Below, in pieces: positions 57,047-64,000 of a stretch of 64,000 bases of DNA. Each line of letters opens with the position of its first letter. The first letter of the stretch is position 1. Under the pieces are notes generated by a model. The model did not search any database. It was not told the DNA's origin and was given only the letters and a program-made list of their open reading frames with translations. The translations under genes and the position numbers were made by a program. The DNA comes from Octopus vulgaris (taxonomy: Eukaryota). The DNA lies in contig OX597832.1 of the NCBI GenBank assembly GCA_951406725.2, positions 42,036,001-42,100,000 on the forward strand. Reading direction: 5' to 3'.

Positions 57047-57627
57047 CCCTTTCGTTACCAACCCGGCCAAAGCCGGCGCTGGCTCTGTAGTACAAATGTC
57101 TTGTTTTCATAAATTTTGCATCAAAATATACCACCAAAACTTAGTCGCAATTTATATTCCTAATACTAGCTTAAAGATAACTAAGTTATTTTACTAAATT
57201 CTTTCATCATGATCATTTAACGTCCGCTTTCCATGCTAGCATGGGTTGGATGAATGACTGAGGACTGGTGAACCGGATGGCTGCACCAGGCTTCAATCTT
57301 GATCTGGCAGAGTTTCTACAGCTGGATGCCCTTCCTAACACCAACCACTCCGAGAGCGTAGTGGATGCTTTTACATGCCACCGGCATGGGGCCAGTCAGG
57401 CGGTACTGGCAACAACCACGCTCGAATCTTTTACACATGCCACTGGCACAGGTGCCAGTAAGGCGTTCTGATTTCTCTTATTATTGCTACTTGTGATTGA
57501 GTAGTGAAATATACTATAAATTGTGTTTAAATAACTGAATAATATTAACCATGTCATACTGCTTGTTATATTTAAAATAATTGAAAGAAACACAGAGCAT
57601 CTTAAAATAAATACAGTAACGAAAGGG
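57047..57627. mobile_element. piggyBac-like MITE (opposite orientation) interrupted by a (GAT)n-tailed SINE-like element at about 57205-57470
   Basis: ctaa|CCCTTTCGTTACC ... GTAACGAAAGGG|tta; the flanks match the reverse complement of the 16664 family. Confidence 0.75.
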
Positions 57628-60029
57628 TTACTAACTGCAGTTCTGGACCTAGGAAAATATGAAAGGCAAAGTTAGCCCTGATGGGATTTGAACTTGGAAC
57701 GCAAAAAGATCAATCCAGACCAAATACAACAAAGCATTTCATTTGATGCTCTATTATCTGTTTGTCACTTGCAACACTTTGGAAATGATGATTTCTGACA
57801 TCTAACAAAGGAGACATAACGGAAGGAAATAGGCAGAAAGGGACTCCCCCGGCTTGGCTGTTCTTCAGTTTGCACGTTCTTATTGCTAGGGTTCTTTTAG
57901 GTTAAAAATAGGCTAATACAATCATCATAGAATACACAGATAAATTCAATGGAATCAAATTCTTAACACCAAGAGAAGCCAGTGATGATGACGATGATGA
58001 TGATGATGATGGCAATGGATACACACACACACACACACACAAGCACTTAAGTTCAATATATTGATTAAATGAAGAATGGTATGGTGGTTTTGGATTGGGT
58101 GCTCCATTACAGATGAGATTAGCTTGCAGTAATTGTGAAGGTTTGCAGGAAACTGTTAAACAATGGATTAGACTGGCTTAAAGTGTAATGATGTATGCAT
58201 GTACGTGTGTGCGAGTGGATGTGTGTCTATGTGTGTGTGAAGAATGGAAGAGTAGAAGAAAGATTTCAACAGTGAAATGGGTAGAAATTTGATGAGAGAA
58301 TGCAGAGAGGAGGAAAAGAGAGAGAGAGAATGCAGTGAGGGGGGGGGGGGGGGACAAAAAAAAGATATAGACAAACAGGAAAGAGGAAATGGAGAGAGAG
58401 AGACATAGTTTTGGGTTCAGTCCCACTGCATGGCACCTTGGGCAAGTGTCTTCTACTATGGCCACTGGCTGACCAATGTCCTACGAGTACATTGTGTAGA
58501 TGGAAACTGTATAGACGCCTGTCAAGTGTATGTGTATGTGTGTGTGTTTGTCCGCTCCACCCCCACCGCTTAACAATCAGTGTAGGTTTGTTTACATCCC
58601 AGTAACTTAGTGGCTTGGTAAAAGAAACCAACAGCTATAAGTACTAGACTTTAAAATAACATAAGTAGTGGGGCTGATTTGTTTGATTAAACCCATCAAG
58701 GCAGTACTCCAGCATGGCCACAGTCCAATGGCTGAAACAAGTGAAAGACAAGGAACATATAAAGAATGGTAAAGAGGGGAAAGAGCAGAAATGAAAGGAT
58801 AAAAAGATTAAAAGAATAGAACTGACAGTAAAACAAGATTTTGAATACTGAAATTGCATAAGGTATTGGGTGAAGCAGACAGAGCTGGGGGGGGGTTAGC
58901 TTCAATTTTTTTTATTGAAGCAATTACTTGGTTTGAAGTTTAAAAAAAAAAAAGAAAAAAGAAAAGGCTCATAGGTTATAGGGAAGATTCTTCTACAATA
59001 GCTTTTACAACCTGTGTCATGGATAACGAGTTTTTTATGCAGATAAAGAGAAATAGATATTAATAGGTCTGGCTGTGTGGTAAGAAGATTGATTCCCAGT
59101 AACATGGTTCTGGATTCAGTCCCTACTATAGCCTTGGGCCAACCAAAGTCTTGTGAGTGGATTTGGTAGATGGAAACTGAAAGAAGCCTGTCGTGTGTGT
59201 GTGTGTGTGTGTGTCTCGCTGCCATCGCCTGACAATCAATGCTGGTGTGTTGATGTCCCCCGTAACTTAGAAGTTCAGCAAAAGAGACTGATAAAATAAG
59301 TACAAGGCTTACAAAGAATAAGTCTTGGGGTTGATTTCTTCAACTAAAACCCTTTAAGGTGGTGATCCAGCATGGCCGCAGTCAAATGACTGAAACAAGT
59401 AAAAAGAAAAAAAACTAATACACAAAGTGTGGATAGACTGATAGACTGATGGTGATTCAAGTGGAGAATGGTGGGGTGGAAGGGTGAAGGCAACCCCATC
59501 AGTTCAGACCACAAAAGAACAAAAACAAGGAGCAAACATTTTGCCCCTTGTGTGTATGTGTGTGTGTGTTTTTGTCCTCTCTACTGCTTGATGAACTAAG
59601 TTGGTTTGTTTTATCCCTGTAACTTAGCACCTCAGCAAAAGAGACCAAGGGCTGTGTGTTGGTTTGTTTGACTAAACCCTTCAAGGCGGTGTTCCAACAT
59701 GACAACAATCCAACAATTGAAAGCTGTAGAAACTTTGCCAAATCAAGATTGGAGCCTGGTGCAGCCATCTGGTTCACCAGCCCTCAGTCAAAATTGTTCA
59801 ACTCATGCTAGCATGGAAAGCGGACGTTAAACAATGATGATGAAGATGATAAAAACAGATAAAATAGCTCAAAATACAAAATGTTTATTATAAATATTGT
59901 GCAAGGGGTTCTTTGTAGTAGTGACAAAAGACATACTGGGGTAATACAAGAGACACTTGGACATCCATTCGACCCGGAGAAACAACAAAAAGAGAGATTG
60001 AAGTTTTGAAGATATAAAACATGGCATGT

Positions 60030-60762
60030 AATGTTAAAGGACAGTCAACATACTGACCTATGTGATGCTATGGGACAGTCAACAGACTGACCAATACAAT
60101 GTTGCAGGACACTCAACATACTGACCTGTGATGTTACAAGACAATCAACAGACTGACCAATGTGATGTTACAGGACAGTCAACATACCGACCTATGTGAT
60201 GTTACAGGACAGTCAACATACTGACCTATACAATGTTACAGGACAGTCAACATACTGACCAATGTGATGTTACAAGACAGTCAACAGACTGACCTATACA
60301 ATGTTACAGGACAGTCAACATACTGACCAATGTGATGTTACAGGACAGTCAACATACCGACCTATGTGATGTTACAGGACAGTCAACATACTGACCAATA
60401 CAATGTTGCAGGACACTCAACATACTGACCTGTGATGTTACAAGACAATCAACAGACTGACCAATGTGATGTTACAGGACAGTCAACATACCGACCTATG
60501 TGATGTTACAGGACAGTCAACATACTGACCTATACAATGTTACAGGACAGTCAACATACTGACCAATGTGATGTTACAGGACAGTCAACAGACTGACCTA
60601 TACAATGTTACAGGACAGTCAACATACTGACCAATGTGATGTTACAGGACAGTCAACATACTGACCTATGTAATGTTACAAGACAGTCAACATACTGACC
60701 AATACAATGTTACAGGACAGTCAACATACTGACCTATGTGATGTTACAGGACAGTCAACATA
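60030..60762. repeat. 34-bp minisatellite (gatgttacaggacagtcaacatactgacctatgt), about 21 units
   Basis: Period 34 (e.g. 60201 to 60235); variant blocks recur at a 304-bp spacing. Confidence 0.95.
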
Positions 60763-61887
60763 GAATCATGCTTCTCTCTATTGACACATATATATTTCCT
60801 TTTTCAAGTACTCAGGGTCTCTGATATAATCTTCAAATGTTATTACCCATTTGTTCTTCATTTTCTCATTATGTTTTAATGTCCATTTCTTTTATCTTTA
60901 TTCTTCGCTTCCCTTCCCCAACCACTCTTCCTCCTCGTTTATCATCATCATCATCATCATCATAATCTCTAATTTTCTTCTCTTTCTATCACTCACTATT
61001 TCTCTCCCCCATCCACTCACACATCCACTCTGTTCATCTCCATCTCTCTCTCTCTCTCTCTCCATCAATCATTCTCTGACATTTCCAATTTCTCTTCCAG
61101 TACCACTGCTACCGATAGCACTGCCAACACTACCACTACATGGCGGCCACCACCACCACCACCACCACCACCAAACATTACATATCAAATTATTATCAAA
61201 TGACTAATCAATACGGGAGATAAAAGCAGAAAGCCGGAGCTGCTACAAGTGATGAACAAGAAGAAAGAAGCCACCAAAATTAAATCTGCTGAGTATCACC
61301 AGGATGGAAACACAACCAAGAGGAAATAGACTTGAGGGGGCAGAGGAGAAACCCCACCTGCCATCTGATCTGACTGACAACTGAGATGATGGTACACACC
61401 ACCCACCACTCAACCCCCAACGTATATATATGGTTGTTACGTGTGAAGAATAAAATAAACATCAAATAAAAAAAAATTAGTAAAATAAAAATAAAAAAAT
61501 ACTGAAAATACAGCTTTAATGAGGGAAAAAAATTGAAAGGTTAAAATGAAAAAAAATTATCCATTACTGCCACCAATAACATCAGTTCCATATGTACCAA
61601 CAAAGAATCCGCTACATGGTCATTCATCCTGCTAGAAATAGCAGCCAGAGCTCCGGAGCATCCAGCTGTAGAAACCATGCCAAAACAGAAACTGGGGCTC
61701 GATGCAGTCCTCCTCCAACTTGTTGGATCCTGTCAAACAGTCCAACTCAAGCAAGCACTAAGAAGGTGAACAGTAAATGATGATTATGATGATGTTCATG
61801 GCTGGAAGGCCTTTGATCAATGAGGGTCAGCTCAAACAGAGCTGACCCGGGGTCAAACAATAGCAACAACCACCTCTGCTAACACAC

Positions 61888-61930
<43 letters not shown>

Positions 61931-61955
61931 TACACACACACACACATATATATAT

Positions 61956-62104
61956 ACCGGAGTAAACACATAAATGTGAAACAAGGTGGAAAAAAGAGTA
62001 CTCAAATACCAGTGGTAGAGTAATATGCTTTATTTAAAGTAGCAGAAAATTCAACAAAACCTGTTACTCGGAGTTTCTCGTTGCTGTTCATTGGACAGTT
62101 TTTG

Positions 62105-62110
<6 letters not shown>
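61956..62110 (-). mobile_element. Penelope-like element terminal fragment within (TA)n
   Basis: About 150-bp insert flanked by (TA)n on both sides, carrying the degenerate hammerhead. Confidence 0.5.
62061..62098 (-). ncRNA. Degenerate hammerhead ribozyme motif
   Basis: Minus strand reads CTGT-CCAATGA-ACA GCAA CGA-GAAA-CTCCGAG-TA-ACAG. Stem I ctgt/acag is intact and stem III resembles the 30853 copy, but core G5 is A and stem II is mismatched. Confidence 0.5.
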
Positions 62111-62135
<25 letters not shown>

Positions 62136-62551
62136 CTTCCTCTTTATTGTTACTATCATCAATAAACTCCTCATTGAATATCACTGCTGCTGCTATCCTA
62201 GTCTTCTTTAATGCCACCAGCACCACCTATCCAATGTCATCTTAACCACCACCCCCGCTATCATTATTCCCCACCACCATCACATAACCACTGGCATCAT
62301 CTTCACTACTACCCCATCCTCCCCAACCTTACCTTTCAAAGATTGATTCCATAAAAGCATTACAATTGCCTTTGTTTAGAGATGATCACATTCAAATTTA
62401 GAAGAAATAACAAAATCATCATCAACCAGGTTCCAATAAATGGACCAATTAAATAATGTAGCCCAAGGTAGACTTACACCTAAAACATAAAATTAAAGAC
62501 AGGACGGCCACAGTTCAAATGTTTAGATCTTTAGTCATGCACCTGCTAAAT

Positions 62552-63702
62552 CAGTTGTTCTCAACCATTTTCTGCCTGTGGACCCCTTGATTACTATTTT
62601 ATGCTGATGGACCTTCATAGCTGTTCGATGGGTGACCTTTTAGTATTTAAACTGGCAATATCACCCCCAATAATCAGAATCTGAACTCAGAATGTGAAGA
62701 CAGACGAAATACCTATTTCTTTACTATCCACAAGGGGCTAAACACAGAGAGGACAAACAAACGAATTAAGTCGATTATATCGACTCCAGTGCGTAACTGG
62801 TACTTATTTCATAGACCCTGGAAGTATGAAAAGCAAAGTCGACCTCGGCGGAATCTGAACTCAGAATGTGAAGACAGATGAAATACTTATTTCTTTATTA
62901 CCCACAAGGGGCTAAACACAGAGAGGACAAACAAGGACAGACAAACGGATTAAGTCGATTATATCGACCCCCCAGTGCGTAACTGGTACTTATTTAATCG
63001 ACCCCGAAAGGATGAAAGGCAAAGTTGACCTCAGCGGAATTTGGACTCAGAATGTAGCGGCAGACGAAATACCACCAAGCATTGCGCCCAGCGTGTTAAC
63101 GTTTCTTATTTCGTTATTGCCCACAAGGGGCTAAACATAGAGGGGACAAACAAGGATAGACAAAGGGATTGAGTCGATTATATCGACCCCCAGTACATAG
63201 CTGGTACTTATTTAATCAACCCCGAAAGGATGAAAGGCAAAGTCAATCGCGGCAGAATTTGAACTCAGGACATAACGGCAGACAAAATATGGCTAAGTAT
63301 TTCGCCTGGCGTGCTAACATTTCTGCCAGCTCGCCACCTTATTTTATGTTTAAACTGGCCATGTCCAGCTTATCACAGCTACCCCACAATGCCATTGTAA
63401 AATTTAAACAATCACATCATTGAAATATCAAAGCTACAAAATAATGCAAGATTAATTCAAATCAGTGTGTATAAATAAAAGGGTTAGAAACTAGTTCCCT
63501 ATTTTGCTGTTCACACATCAACTTATGAAGGTTGAACTATGTAAAACATTAGAGATAGAAATCTTGCCGTTTCTTGCAAAAAATATATCTAAAAGGAAAT
63601 ATTTTCATGAACCTTTAAAATACTACAGTGGGTACTCATTTTTACTATTTTGCTTCCATGAACCTCTAAAAATCTTATATGGACCCTGGTTGAGAGCAAT
63701 TG
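62552..63702. mobile_element. hAT MITE (55262 family, reverse orientation) with a nested SINE multimer and a piggyBac-MITE fragment
   Basis: Both ends match the reverse complement of the 55262-55735 ends; degenerate TSD tgctaaat/cgctaaac. Confidence 0.72.
62680..63340 (-). mobile_element. SINE family B multimer (3-4 units)
   Basis: The gaactcagaatgt..cccacaaggggctaaaca..gtcgattatatcgac unit recurs about every 170-230 bp. Confidence 0.8.
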
Positions 63703-64000
63703 CGCTAAACGATGGCCTCAATAAGTACCAAAAGATACACTGTACAATAGAGAAAGGCAGAATAGTCATGGTTGGAACACCTTTGGTCATTGTTCTGCTC
63801 AGTCAGAGCTGACCTGGAGCCTCAACTAACAACAGGTCCTATACAGGGAGATAAAGAACTGATCACCAAGGTCTTTCATCTTTTCGTGGTCAATAAAATA
63901 AAGTACCAATCAAGTACTGAGGTTAATGATACTGAGTTGCCCCTCCCCTCAAAACTGTAGGCTTTGTGCCTAAACTTTAAAATTATTTCTATTACAAATT

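Noticed and set aside
60030-60762. CRISPR-like array; also a weak resemblance (gctatg..ggacagtc) to the start of the 17343 exon
   Set aside because: No spacers. The resemblance is too short to distinguish from chance.

Overview
AT-rich, microsatellite- and SINE-dense eukaryotic DNA; the repeat families look like Octopus/cephalopod (inferred from repeat style, not searched). The only gene I recognise is AMMECR1 on the minus strand: four GT-AG coding exons (35082-35192, 17229-17343, 15275-15365, 13916-14082) splice into about 160 aa containing the LRGCIG motif. Its first coding exon was not found and probably lies beyond 64000. The 3' end of a convergent plus-strand gene may lie at about 9.4-11.6 kb (low confidence). 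The rest is intronic or intergenic: three abundant SINE or SINE-like families plus two single-copy tRNA-SINEs, piggyBac-like and hAT MITEs, non-autonomous Helitrons, CR1/RTE/mariner relics, and mini- and microsatellites. Nearly all ORFs in the supplied track are repeat artefacts. The most interesting signal is a set of minimal type-I hammerhead ribozyme motifs of the Penelope-associated kind: two near-intact copies antisense to AMMECR1 (30853-30913, 24417-24451) and two degenerate copies. There is no CRISPR array, rRNA or bona fide tRNA.
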